DNA of 64,000 nucleotides from the human T2T-CHM13v2.0 reference genome, Homo sapiens. Below are positions 43,101-60,022 of the stretch, piece by piece. Numbering within the stretch: the stretch's first letter is position 1; each line of letters opens with the position of its first letter. The translations under genes and the position numbers were made by a program. Where the stretch lies: NCBI RefSeq assembly GCF_009914755.1, contig NC_060928.1, one strand, 5' to 3'. Under the pieces are notes generated by a model. The model was not told the DNA's origin. It made no database searches and was given only the letters and a program-made list of their open reading frames with translations.

Positions 43101-46100
43101 TAGACCCACATTTCTCACCGCATACAAAAATCAAATCAAAATGGATTAGAGACTTAAATCTAAGACCTCATACTCTGAAACTACTGAAAGAAAACATTGG
43201 AACAACTCTCCAGGACATTGGTTTGGGCAAAAATTTCTTGACAAATATCCGACAAGCACAGGCAACCAAAGCAAAAACGGACAAATATGATAATATTGAG
43301 TTAAAAAGTTTCTGCACAGCAAAGGAAACAATCAACAAGGTGAAGAGACTACTCACAGAATTGGAGAACATATTTGCAAACTACCTATCTAACAAGGGAT
43401 TAATAACCAGGATATATAAGGAGCTCAAACAACTCTATGGAAAAAAAAATCTAGTAATCCAGTTTAAAAAAACAAGGGCAAAAAATCTAAATAGACATTT
43501 CTCAAAAGAAGACGTACAGATGGCAAACAGGCATACAAAAAGGTGCTTAACATCATTAATCATTAGAGAAGTGCAAATCAAAACTACCATGAGATATCAT
43601 CTCACCCCAGTTAAAATAGCTTATATTCCAAAAGACAGGCAATAACAAATGCTGGTGAGGATGTGGAGAAAACTGTTTGTCGGAAAGTAAATTAGTACAA
43701 CCACTATGGAGAATAGTTTGGAGGTTCCTGAAGAAACTAAAAGTCAAGCCACCATGTGATCCAGTAATCCCACTGCTGGGTATATACCCAAAAGAAAGGA
43801 AATCAGTATATCAAAGAGATATCTGCACTCCCATGTTTGTTGCAGCACTGTTCAAAATAGCCAAAATTTGGAAGCAACCTAAGTGTCCATCAACAAATGA
43901 ATGGATAAAGCAAATGTCATACTTATACACAAGGGAGTACTATTCAGCCACAAAATAGAATGAGATCCTCTCATTTGCAACAACATAGATAGAACTGGAG
44001 GACGGTATGCTTAGTGAATTAAACCAGGCACAGAAAGACAAACATCGCATGTTCTCATTTATATGTGTTGATTTAATAGTCAAAACAATTGAACTCATGG
44101 AGCTAGAGAGTAGAAGGATGGTTACCAGAGGCTGGAATGATTAGTGGGGGTTTGGGTGGGGGAGGTGGGGATGGTTAATGGGTCCAAAAAAAAAGAAGAA
44201 TGAATAAGACCTAATATTTGATAACACAACAGAGTGATTTTAGTCAACAGTAATTTCATTGTACATTTTAGAGTAACTAAAAAAGTGTCATGGGATTGTT
44301 TGTAACACAAAGGATAAATGCTTGAGGGGATGGATACCCCATTTTACACGATGTGATTATTACACGTTGTATGCCTGTATCAAAACATCTCATGTCCCCC
44401 ATAAATATATATACCTAATATGTACCCACAGAAATCAAAATTTAAAATTTAAAAAACAAAACAAAAAAAGATAGAAAGTGAAATGAAAGCTGCCCTCTTA
44501 AAATACTTTGTTTTTTATTTATGAAAGTGAATAAATGATCTGATGCTTAAGAAAGTGTTGAACTCTAAGAAGTGTCAGGTACTAGAAAAATTAAGAACTT
44601 ATTCTGTACACTTTTCTTCATTTTCTACCTTAGTAATACACCATGTTAATACATTTCTTTACTGACTTTTAACAGCATACAATTCTAGTCCTACCTTTAA
44701 GGAAATATTTGCTATTCAAAAAGGCCTGAGATAGTACCACTCTTTCAAAAGACTGCATATTGTTTTTCCTTTAATGGAAAGTGGCTGCATGGCATAGGTG
44801 CATTAGTTCTGAATGAGGCAGGAGCAAGAGTTAGATTCTTTTACTAAATCAGCAGTCACATACTTCATGGAAGCTCTGTTTCCTTAGGGCTAAAGGAATG
44901 TCCTTATGTGTACAATGAAGATGCTAGAATATATTATCACCAAGATCACTTTCAACTCAAGTATTCCATAATTCTATGCCAAAAAAATTCTTAGATTGGG
45001 AATTACAACCACTCTCTATTCTGGAAGATCGACTTACAAATATGTGGGCACTCTGTGTATGCTTTATTTCACTTTTATTTGCATTTCTTCTTAACTGTCC
45101 GTCCAAAGGAGAAGCAAATCGTCCAAGTTCTGTGTATCTTCCATCACTTTTATTACTTGTTCCATATTCCTGATGGAAGGTTTGAGATGAGTGGAGAAAG
45201 AACAGTCAATAAAATGCAATTTGGTGATTTACTTCTGGATTCACTTTTTCATATTATTTGTGTCCCTTATTAGAATGGGTCAATAAGAATAAGGCATATC
45301 TATTGAAGCTTGTATTTTACTGATAACATAAGTGACATTTCTTTTGTGCTGCATTTCCACCTGTAATAATAGTCAAAGGAAAATAATTCCAAATTGGGGT
45401 AGTTCAGATTTAATGATTATATTCACTTCAGTTACAAATCATTGAACTAAACAGAAGCATACCACTTAGTACACTTATGCATTTATTAAAAAATAATAAA
45501 TTGGTTAAATTTAACAGCAGATATACTAGCTGTTGTGAGAAGACAATGTGTATTTCTGAGTACAATTACTTAGCCATTAATACAACCTTAATATTGATTC
45601 TCTACAATTTTTTAAATCTTATAAGTCATCTTCGTCTATTTTCATAGTTATTGCCCCCATATGTTATAACTTATATTTAGCTACTGTTAAGAATACATTT
45701 CACTAATGACTTATTAATTTATAGTTTCTTATCACTCAGTGGCAATGAATACTCTTCATTTTTTATTTATCCCAAACTAAAGCATCTTCATGCTTCTTAT
45801 GTGGCCCTGTCTCATTGGCTGAGGTTGGCTTTGATCACCCGTGCAGAGGATGACTGTGTGCTGATGTGAGTGCTGCCTGTAACCAACCCCATTCAAGGGA
45901 AGTCTCTGGTTTTTACTACCTGCTTTTTTAGAGGATTCATGTCTTAAACAAGAAGAAACGTTTTAAAACAATCCAGAAAAACAAAGCACAAGTCAAACAC
46001 AGTTAATAATGTTTCTTTACAACTACTATTCCATAATAAGATAATTAGAGAAAATTAGACGATCTGCTTCTGATAGGAACAAACCTCAAATCATCAATAA

Positions 46101-47021
46101 CTCTTTGGAAATTAGAAGACTGAAAAATTCCCGGGCCAAAAATATGCTTGCTTGTATTTTCTAAAAGTCACCATGCAATCTTGTGGGCCTCTGTACTAAT
46201 AACAGTTATAGTACAGTATCAATAATAAGATAAAGAAATAAAGTAGATATGTAATTTGGAAACTCTAAACTCTCTTTGGAATTCTTAAATTATGCTTTTA
46301 CAGTAAACCAAATCATGACATGGGAAATAAGTAAAAGAAGTATTTGAAAAGGAAAATGTAACTTCTAAGAATGCTTCCCCACCAATTCCCTATAGTTCAG
46401 CCATTTAATTTTGTTAACCTTGGTACCTTAGGTAGCAAAACACAAACGAGTATACATCAGTTATGCTCAAGTCTTTCCTAATAAATCCAATGGACGTTTT
46501 TTGTGTCAATTTAACTTGAGTTTTCAGCAGCAATTAACACCATTGACCAAAGTTACTGTCCTGATTCAATTTTTTTTTGTTTTCTTTGCTTCCATGAGCC
46601 ATCTTTTCCTGGTTTTCCTCTCACTTCTGTGATGCTTCCTTCTCAATATTCTTTGTAGTTTCTTCATTCTGTTACCTATAAAATAAAGTTACTAATTGAT
46701 CAAGTTTTGATTCTTAGACTCTCTTTATTCCTTGATAAATATTCCCTCTACATGTTATCTCATTGGTTCTTAAGATATATTTCAAATGTGGTTTCCCTTT
46801 AAACCCCATTTTTTCAGTGCTCTCTAACTCAGGAAATGCATCTTCATCAGTCCAGTTTAAAAACCGCAAACATAAGAGTCTCCTTAATATCTTCTTACAT
46901 ACTTACTCTACAAATTCAATCCATACTAATACATATCAATGTTACTTACTAAATATTGGTCACCTCTCTTCATATCTCAACAGTTCTAACACTTTAGTCC
47001 ATCGATTTTTCTTTTGCCTAA

Positions 47022-47525
<504 letters not shown>

Positions 47526-47930
47526 TGAGCCATGTAGCCCTGCAGAGACTGTCCCTTCTCCTTCTCTCCAGTTTAATCTCACTTTTCTCCCTCTCCCTGT
47601 GCATTCCAGGCACAGTTGTCTGCTTATTTCCCAGACCATGCCATGCAGTCTACTACAGGGAACTTTGCATGTGCTCCTCTATCTAACTGAAGTACTTTTC
47701 CAGTTCCCCCTTTATTCTCACTACTTTCACCTAGTTAATTCTAATTGCTCCTCTAAATTCTTTATTCTAGTATCTCTTCCTCAGTGAATCCTTCCCTCAT
47801 CTTATACAACTCCCTGTATATCTCTTTGTAAAACTGATCACATTCTAATTTGACATCTATGTGTGTGACATGTCTCAAATTAATGCCTGCCTTTCATGAC
47901 CACGGTCAATAAGGGCAAAGCTACTATCTA

Positions 47931-48327
47931 CAGTTGTGCATTGGCTAACAATGGGAACATGTTCTGAGAAATGCATTGTTAAGCAATTTCATCATTGTGC
48001 AAACACCATGTGCAAACATCACTCAGTGTACTTATCCAAACCTAGGCTAGGAGTATAGCCTGCTACACACCTAGGCCTAGTATAGCCTGTTGCTCCTAGA
48101 CCTCAAACGTGTATAGAACGTTAATGTACTGAATAGTGTAGGCAACTATAACACAATAGGAAGTAGTTGTATATCTGAACATATCTAAGCATAGAAAATA
48201 CAATTAAAATGTAATATAAAATATTTTTAAAAAGTGCATCCATAGGCAGCTCTGTTACAATTTGGGACCACTGTTGTATATGAGGTCTGTCATTGACCAA
48301 AATATTCTTATGCATTACAAGGCTGTA
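47931..48327. mobile_element. Tigger3/MER47-type (Golem) non-autonomous element
   Basis: ta|cagttgtgc...gttctgagaaatgcattgttaagc...gtcattgaccaaaat...ctg|ta. Confidence 0.75.
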
Positions 48328-51300
48328 TTTAGTTCTCTGTTTTATCTCCAGGACCAAGGGTACTGTAAGACACATGGCTGCTCAATAAATATTTTGTTGG
48401 GCAAATAGGAGGTGAAAAAATTTTATACATTAAGTTTCCCACCCAGTTTCAAGTGATCCACTTATTAGAGCCCTTTGTTCCAGTTGCCACTAGCACAGGC
48501 ACAGCCCCTTTTTGAGGAGGCAGTGGGACTTCTGGCTGAAGCAGAAACAGCAAGGCAAAGAAGGGAAGGGCCAGAAAGGAAAGAATCAAATGAATATAAA
48601 CAAGATGGATTCTGTCACATAACTTGGAACCTGGCTCCCAAAACAAACTAAAAAAGAAATTTCTGAAATGTTTTCAATAAATCATGGCATCAATTATAGA
48701 AAGCATTTTTGAGAGACATTGTTTTGAGTATGTTATTGCTATATTTGTTTTAAAACTTCTTATATTTAACAGTACGTTGTTACAAAATGGTTACTAAAAA
48801 GAGGCAAAGGTAAGAAAGGGCATGGTTCTTTTGATTTCTTTAATGCCTACAATAGAAACACTTTGATTTGTCTCTTACATTATGAATGTCATTAAGTATC
48901 TCCATTAATGAGTCTGTTCAAGTTTGCTCAAGTTAAAACTTTGAGACCTTTTGACATTAGGAATTAACAATATATTGGGGGGGGGGCATGTTGAAAAACT
49001 GAGCACAATCAAGCTTCAGTCATTACTCCAGAAGTGTATTAAGAAAACTTTTATCAGATTGTCTTTACATAAATTATGATGTTCATGGATTTTGCATGAT
49101 TGATGGGGATGCTAGTCGTTCCCCAGTATTTTTTTTTCCTTTCTTACAGCATAATATAACATTCATCTGAGGACATGGCAATATTGCATTTCCTCCCTTG
49201 AAGCTAGGTGTAGCCATATGACTAAGTGTTGCCCAATGGCATGGCATGGCAGTGGAAGCAATATGTGCAAATTTATGAGCATGTCCTTAAAAGATGGGTG
49301 GAGTCATGCTCTCTCCCTCACTGGCTTTTTCTTTTGACTGGTTTGAATTCCGACAAGGAAGTGATGGATGAACCTTCTTGTACCATGAAGATGATATATA
49401 ACAGTGAAACTCTAGACAGAAAGGGCCTCGATGCCTAAATCCAGGGTTTCTTTCTTGTTTAAGCCACTATCACTTTGGGTCTCTGTATTGCAATAGCAAA
49501 ATCTACATTCTAACTAATTTAAAAGTTATGCGTTATTTAATTTAAGAATTTAAAAATAATAAACAGACTATGTGTTTTGTCAGTGGAAAAGCCAGTTTGG
49601 AGGGTCACATCTCCTTATTGCTAGACTTACATGCTCTTCTTATATCATGATTACATTTCATGAGTTTTTGTATCTAAGAGTTCACATAATAGTATTTAGA
49701 GAAAATAGAATTTTTACTGGAAATTTTGCATATCTACACTTACAAGATTACATTTAATATTTACATTTAAACTTCTAAAAAATTCTGTCAGTTAATTATT
49801 ATTGAGATTCATAGCTAATGAGTCCTGGAGCAGGCATTTAAATGCAGATTCCTTGAATCTCAAAACATATTTTCTTCATGTAATAATACCACTTGCAAGT
49901 ATTTAAAGAGATTCTACAACTATATGAAAACCTAATCAATAATACATATAAAATCATTTTCATTGTTTTATATGTTTGTTTTTATATTTATAGTCACAGA
50001 TATTGCAATTCAAAGAAATGATTCATTCAAAACAGAAAATTAAGTTGATAAAAGAAAATATCTCTTTTAGATTTATACATTTACATTATTATTTTAAATT
50101 AACTGCTTTGAGCTGAGCACGTATAAAGTTTTTAAAAAATCTTTGCATAACCCTAGAAAACATTTGCTTTGCTCTTTTTTTCTATCATTTTCTTTACAAG
50201 CTGCAGTAAGATTTTTTTAAAGATATGTAAACTATTTATCAAATTTCACTTTAAACGGCTGTTTTGGCTCTCTTTCATGGCACACATTTAAGAACAGAGC
50301 AACAAATGAGATGACCTTTCTTTTACTAGTGAAACTTAAACAAGCACAGCAATTTGTTATAAGAAGAAGAGCAAGGCTGTTTTCAGCTCAACCGTTGACT
50401 TTCCTTTTAGATACTTCTTGGCCTACCTCCATTTATGGAAGCTAGAAAGACCAGATTCCAACATTTTTAACTAACCTTGCAGTTAGACATATCACGTGAG
50501 AGAGTTTTCAACAACGAGACACAAGGGGACATCTTTGAAACTTTTGCTTTTCTGGTTAAACAGAGAAAAAGAATAGATATGGTTGGCTGTAGCCCCCTCT
50601 CCCAGTACCCCTACCTCCCACACACATCACTTTCCTCCCTCTTTCTGGCTAAACATCAGTATAATGTTGGGAACTGCAGTGGTGATCTTGAAGCCATGGG
50701 AGCATAATTTATTCTTTACTTAAATACTATTTCAGATTTTATCCTTCTCTCCACGATTAGAATGTAGGATTAAATTTACTGTGTTTAGAATGTAAAGATC
50801 TAAGTTAGAATCTTTATTTACCACTTATTAGCTCTGCCAATTTGCGTGTTACTGAATTTTTTGTATCATGCTTATCACCTCTATAAAAGTAGACATTTAG
50901 AAAAATCTACCTTGCAGGATGTTATAAAAGTTAGAGATAGCTTATATAGAGCCTGGCACATTAGCAGTGCTCCGCATGTGGTAGTTATTACTATTAGTTA
51001 AACTGTTTGAATCCGTTCATTGCATGCTTATTCCTATAACATATCCTTTTACAGCACTCCAGTGATCTGAAATACTTCCCAGCTATTTACATTATGTAAT
51101 ACTGTCCTAAAATGCTTTCAAATACAGCCTCTCGATGCCATTTTGCTCAGTGTTCACACCCCTCATCAAAGAGAGGAGTGAAATCCAACTTCGAAGGGGT
51201 GCTTTTATATAAGTATCTATATATCTCAAGGAATTCAGTTTTGTGTAATAAATATTTGGGGGGATCGTTAGTATTTAATTAAACTTATTTTTTAGATAAT

Positions 51301-51329
51301 TGTACATTCATATATAGTTGTAGGTTATA

Positions 51330-54365
<3,036 letters not shown>

Positions 54366-57300
54366 TAAATTCCATAATTCTGAATATTATTTAAAATATA
54401 ATTTATATCTTTATTATATTTATATTTTCTAGTTAGGAAGAAATAGTTATAATAATAAAGTTATTTATCAGAAATAAGTGTAAATTTATATAACACTTTC
54501 AGATTCAAATAGAGTTGTGATTTATAAATACATATGCAAATGATTTTTAAGTTACATTCATCAATCCCTTATTCCCTCATCTGGAACTAAAAAAATTTTC
54601 TTGGGAGTAGTCTAACACTTTCTTCATGAACATAAAGCATTGTTTTTTAACCAGCCTTCTGGTTATTTCATTTCTCAGTCTGTTTTCTGTTTTCTTTTTC
54701 CAATATTGTCAATAAATACAGATGCATGTATGCATGTATATGTATATATATATATGTATATATTATGGATATGTGTTTAATTTGTTCAATAACAAAATAA
54801 TAACACTAATATAATTTCATCATTTTGTTCTATTCTTAATTTCACATCAAGTTCATTAACTAAAGTCTTAGGATAAATGTGATTTTTTGATGAGCAAACT
54901 TTATACTATTTTATTTCAATCTTTCTTTTTGAAAGATTTGTACAATTGTATCAACTTCATCAAATGTTCTTTGGGTTGCACAATTTATTATAAGAAGAGA
55001 AAAATTCTAATTTATGTCATTTTAAAATTTCAATGCCAATGTTTAGAAAGGATACATATTGTGTCTTTGAAACATAATTTTAAAAGGAGCATAACTACTC
55101 CAGTCAGATATTTTTGGTTAGGTTGTCTTCTAAGGAGAAATCTTGGAATTATTTTTCATAGCCATTTCTGTGATTTTTCACATCTTTGTTTTGTGTTATA
55201 TACCACTTATTTATGTGCAAGCATAATACTAGGAGTATGATTATTAAATTAAAATAGAAGTGGTTAGATTCAACTAACTATGGTGGGCTGGAATATTAAG
55301 AGTTATCCATATTCTTTCCTAATTAATTGTCTTTGTCTATGTGGTGACCTTTTTTTCTCATTCTGAATACATTGCTACTTTATTTTTAAAATTTAACTAT
55401 ATTATCTATGGCATTTCTCTCATTAAAGTGCTGTGGTACCCTCCATGAGAAATGGTAGTTTTCATATTCCTAGTGGGAACTCTTGCTGTTTTGAATTCTC
55501 ATCTGTGTTTTAGAGTCTCAGATCTGGAAGGAATCCCAGAAGCTATTTTATGCCTAACTTATACGTGAGTGTAATAACTCTATGCCACATCAATCTCTAC
55601 CCACTAGATTTTGTATATTTTTAAAAAGAAATGGCGATGGAGCTCCTCATGTAAAAATGTCAATGGCTAGATAATATGCTATACAGAACTGTCATGGCCA
55701 TTGACACAAATTTTAAAGAAAATTTACAAACTAATGTTATGATTTTCATATATTTAAAATTTCTTTCATCAGTTTGTATCACTAAAACACTTTTTTTAGC
55801 TTTAGTATAAAGTGTCAACATATTACCAATAATTTTTTGCCCCACTGCTCCTTTCAAAGGCTTCCTGAAGAGATTAAAACAGTAATAACAACTAATATAA
55901 AATTGTGTCATCTTCATTTATAGGATAGGTTCCACTGAATATAAATACTCAACTACATAAACAATCATAATTATGCTAAAACCTAAATAAGTTTAATTTA
56001 TTTCACATTATAGATGTTTCCACATTAAGCATTATAGGCCTGAAACAATTACTCATTGAGTACAAAATGAATTGCAAACTTATCAGGTGTTCAAGGCCTT
56101 ATTTGAAATCCCCACTTCTTTTTTATCTCTCACTCTTCTTTTTCTTATGGAAGTACCTAGAGTCCTTAACCAGGCCATGCATATGATACCTACATGCCTA
56201 TATGCAATTTGTTTGTTTAGTCTAGAATGCTCCTTGTGTGTATGGTCATCTCAATTTGGAGCATGTCTTCCATAAAGCCTTTGCTGGCCAGTTCTTTCTT
56301 CGTGCAATTGAGGCAGTTTCCTTTTGCCCACCCTACACCTAACTCACAGTGACTTTCAACATGGTATCTGGGACTCTTCATTGCCCATATGTGATTACAT
56401 TACTGAATTTTTGGAAGGCAGAGGTTTTTGTCACATTTTCCCTTCTTTTTTAAAAAAATGTAATCCAGAGCTAAGAGCTTTGCACAATCTGTGGTGTTTA
56501 CTAGATGCTTATGAATGCTGGGTTTTGTTATGCATTACATAGCTACAAGTTGAGAAAACGATTTTTCATTCCTTCTTTTCACTTCTTAGCACGACTTTCA
56601 AGAAATCCAGGGAGACCTAAACCACTTTATTACTTGCACCCTGAATTCTGAAAAATTAAGAAATAAATGAACAAAAATATCTTTTTTTTCAGTACAGTTA
56701 TTTAATTTGTGACTATGTCTTGACAATATTTATAGTTTTATTTTTGGAAATCCTTTCAAAACTCTTAATTAGAAACTTTTGTTCCACAGTTCCCTCTTCA
56801 TCCCATGACTTTGTTGATTGGCCCACCTCCTTAGCTATAATCACCTGTGTCTTGAGCAATTTCGTCCCAGTCATAGCATGACATAAGACAACTTGAAAAG
56901 AATACTGGTTTTTGTAACAGGTTATATCATGGGCAGTAGAACACTTGAATACTGGATGGCTCCTCCCAAGATGCTTAGGTTAGAGAAATAGAGTAGAATA
57001 TAGTTACTCTGTATCTGCAGGGGTAAAGAAAGGCCAAGATAAATATTTTCCCTCACTTAGACACAGCAATAATATAATTTAAACCATTTCACTTCTGATC
57101 CTTAAGTTGAAGAAAAAGACTGATCATTTTATCATTTCATTTATTAAACTGCAAAATATATTTTTACCAAAATTTATTATTGAAACAAATTTCATGGTTA
57201 TCCTTGACCTATTGTAATTCTCTTTTAAAATTTATATTTTATAGTTATAAAATATAAAGTTATATTTTCTTATCCAAAGTTATAGTTTCTTATCCAAAAG

Positions 57301-57520
57301 CAGAGACTTTTATTTCTTGAATCCATTTTTCTGTTATCTTAGTAATTGGTTTTTAGGCAAGGCCCTTATGTTTTGATTTATTCTTTCTAAAAAGTTATCA
57401 GTATTACTAAAGATTAGCCATTGTTTACTCCAGTTAATAAATTTTTGTTAAATTGCACTAAAATGAGTTTCTATGTAAATAATTAACCTAGTGAAAATTT
57501 TCTTTTTCACTTGAAAACAG

Positions 57521-57626
57521 AATAGGATTGAAGAACTTGATGGTGTCCTTACATCCATATTCAAACATGAGATACCATATTATGAGTTCCAGTCTCTTCA
57601 AACTGAAATTTGTTCTCAAAACAAAT
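57521..57626 (+). CDS. BANK1: BANK1 coding exon (exon 6, 106 nt, phase 0 to 1)
   Basis: Boundaries ttgaaaacAG| and AAT|GTgagt. Translates NRIEELDGVLTSIFKHEIPYYEFQSLQTEICSQNK; the frame is consistent with the upstream exons. Confidence 0.96.
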
Positions 57627-59064
57627 GTGAGTATTTTCCAGCTGCATCAATTATTCTTTTTATCACATTCCATTCTATGTAACTCTTTAATGAATGTTAT
57701 AACCAAAAATATAGGTAGCTGCACTGCTGATGAGATGATTTAGACAACTCCTGACTCCTGGTGAAAGGGTACATTAGTACAAACTTCTGAATGTTCGTTT
57801 GGTAATTTTTTTTATCTCAGGCCTTAAAAATGCACGTAACTTTTGCAATTAAAAAGCTTACTTCTTGACTTTTACTCTAAGGAAATGTTTGGGCAACTTC
57901 ATTTAGGATAGAAATTATTCATCATGTCATTGTTTATAATAACCAAAAAGTGGAAATATTTTACAAAGATAAGTAATTGATTATACATATTTTCATACAT
58001 CTATTAACGTGACCACCAGAAATTAATATTATTATAAATTTATGCTTCCCGGGGTGATGTTTTGGTGTATACTTAAGTGAATAAAAAGCAGGCTATGTAG
58101 CAGAGAGAGAGTGTGATCATCTGTTTAAAAAAGTACGTGTACATTTAACAGCATATAAGTTTATATATATAAATTGATGGTCTGGACAGATAAGTTTATA
58201 TATGTAAATTGATGTTCACAGTAGTTATGTTTGGGTTGTGCAATTTCAAATATTACATCTTGTTTCACCTTATTGAGTCTGTATTTTCTACAACTGTGTA
58301 TTATATATGTGGTTAAAAATATACAAATATCAAGAAAAGTATATGTAGGAGATATACATGAAAAATTATATTTCCAGATGTCATCGTGAGGTCAGTAGTA
58401 TATTTTAGAATTTTTTTTTGTTCCTGCATAGTTTGTTGACATACTGTTTATAATTCATTTATATGCCTATGTGTGAAACACTGAAGTAGAGATGTAATGG
58501 TGAATATGACAGACATGAAGCTAAAGAATGTAAGAAGTCTAATGTTGACATATTAAAAATTAATGAGCAGAGTTTTATTTTCTGTAGGGTTTCTGTGCTA
58601 TTTAAAGCAGTTTTGTCATCAGCCTGGAAGGCTTCAAGACAGTAATAAGAAAAGAGTAGGAATCCTAAGGCACAACTGCTTGTGATTCACCTAGATTTGT
58701 GAGAAGCTGCATAATGGTGAGGTTCCGTTAGGAAGAAAAGCCAATGGTATGCTAACTGTGAATAAGTAGTCTTGTGAAATTAGCGACATTTTATTTTTGT
58801 TTCCAATATACATTTTTAACAATATGTAATTCACTTACAAAATTAAATACTAGATGAGAATAGAAAAGGAGCATATGATTCTTTACATATGACACATAAT
58901 TTAATTGGAAAAACAAATAATATACATGTATTTATAGAAAGAATCAATGAGATAAACTTGGTGGTAGTGATTATATTAACAATAGAATTTTAGATAAAGG
59001 GTACATTATTTTTCAAGATGTGCTTCAAAAAGGAAGTGGGATTTTACCTAGGTCTTAAATAATT

Positions 59065-59385
59065 ATAGTTGCCAAAAGAATGAAAATAATCTTCCAAAGA
59101 TAGATAATTGATTACATAAATTTTGGTGCATCTATTAATACAACCATCAGAAATTAATGTTATTGTAAATGTATTTTCTGGCTTGAATAATGTTCCAATG
59201 TATACTTAATTGAATAAAAAGCAGGCTAGGTAACAGGTTAGTTCTATTTGGAAATTATTTCAAAAGTCTTAATTAGGAACTTTTGTTCCACAAACCACTC
59301 CTCACCTCATGGTTTTGGTAATTGACCCATCTCCTCATCTCCTGTAATCGTTTGTCTTGAGTGATTTGATACTAGTCATAACCTT
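59065..59385 (+). repeat. Composite local duplication of ~57935-58103 and ~56732-56878
   Basis: Aligned by eye; see the corresponding finding. Confidence 0.85.
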
Positions 59386-59719
59386 CATTCAAGCTAGGGA
59401 ACCAATGAAGACAGAGAAAGGAAAAAGGAATTCTAGGCAAGAGAAAGTGCATACAATGGTGTGAAGATGGAATTATGACACAATTTTACAAATTTCCTCA
59501 GCATTATATTTGCTTAGATTTCTGGAATCAAAATTGTGGAGATGGAGAAGATGGCATGGTTTTGGTTTCCTGTTTTTATATGTAAAGAATTCCAGATAAG
59601 ATTAAAACTGCCTCTCGGTATACTGTTTAGGTTGTGGAATATGAATTTTAGAGCTAAAAAAGCTGAGACAATTGTGGCCCCTTATTTTTATAGATGGAGA
59701 ACTCTGGATGGGTTATATC

Positions 59720-60022
59720 GGAGTCCCTGAAAATATGAATCTGGTTCAGCAGGGCTGGGGTACATTCTAAGTGTTTGCCTTTTAAGAAGCTTCCAGGTGA
59801 AGCTGATGCTGCTACACCTCATACCTCTCACTAGGTACTAAGACTTTAGAGCAATTGTTCTCAAACTTGGCTGCATATTGCAATCACCTGTGTAGCTTTT
59901 AAAACATCCTATGTCCAAGCCATACCCTATACCAATTTATTAATCTGGGAGTAGGTCCCAGCCATCAGTAGTTGTTACAGTTTCCCAGGTGATTTCAATG
60001 GGCAGTCAAATTTACTAGCCCC
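59720..60022. mobile_element. Two adjacent MER5A-type hAT-Charlie elements
   Basis: aagcttccaggtgaagctgatgctgct and gcaattgttctcaaacttggctgcatattgcaatcacctg. Confidence 0.7.

Noticed and set aside
43061-43645. Longest ORF (194 aa)
   Set aside because: Remnant of L1 ORF2 within the decayed L1MA; not a host gene.
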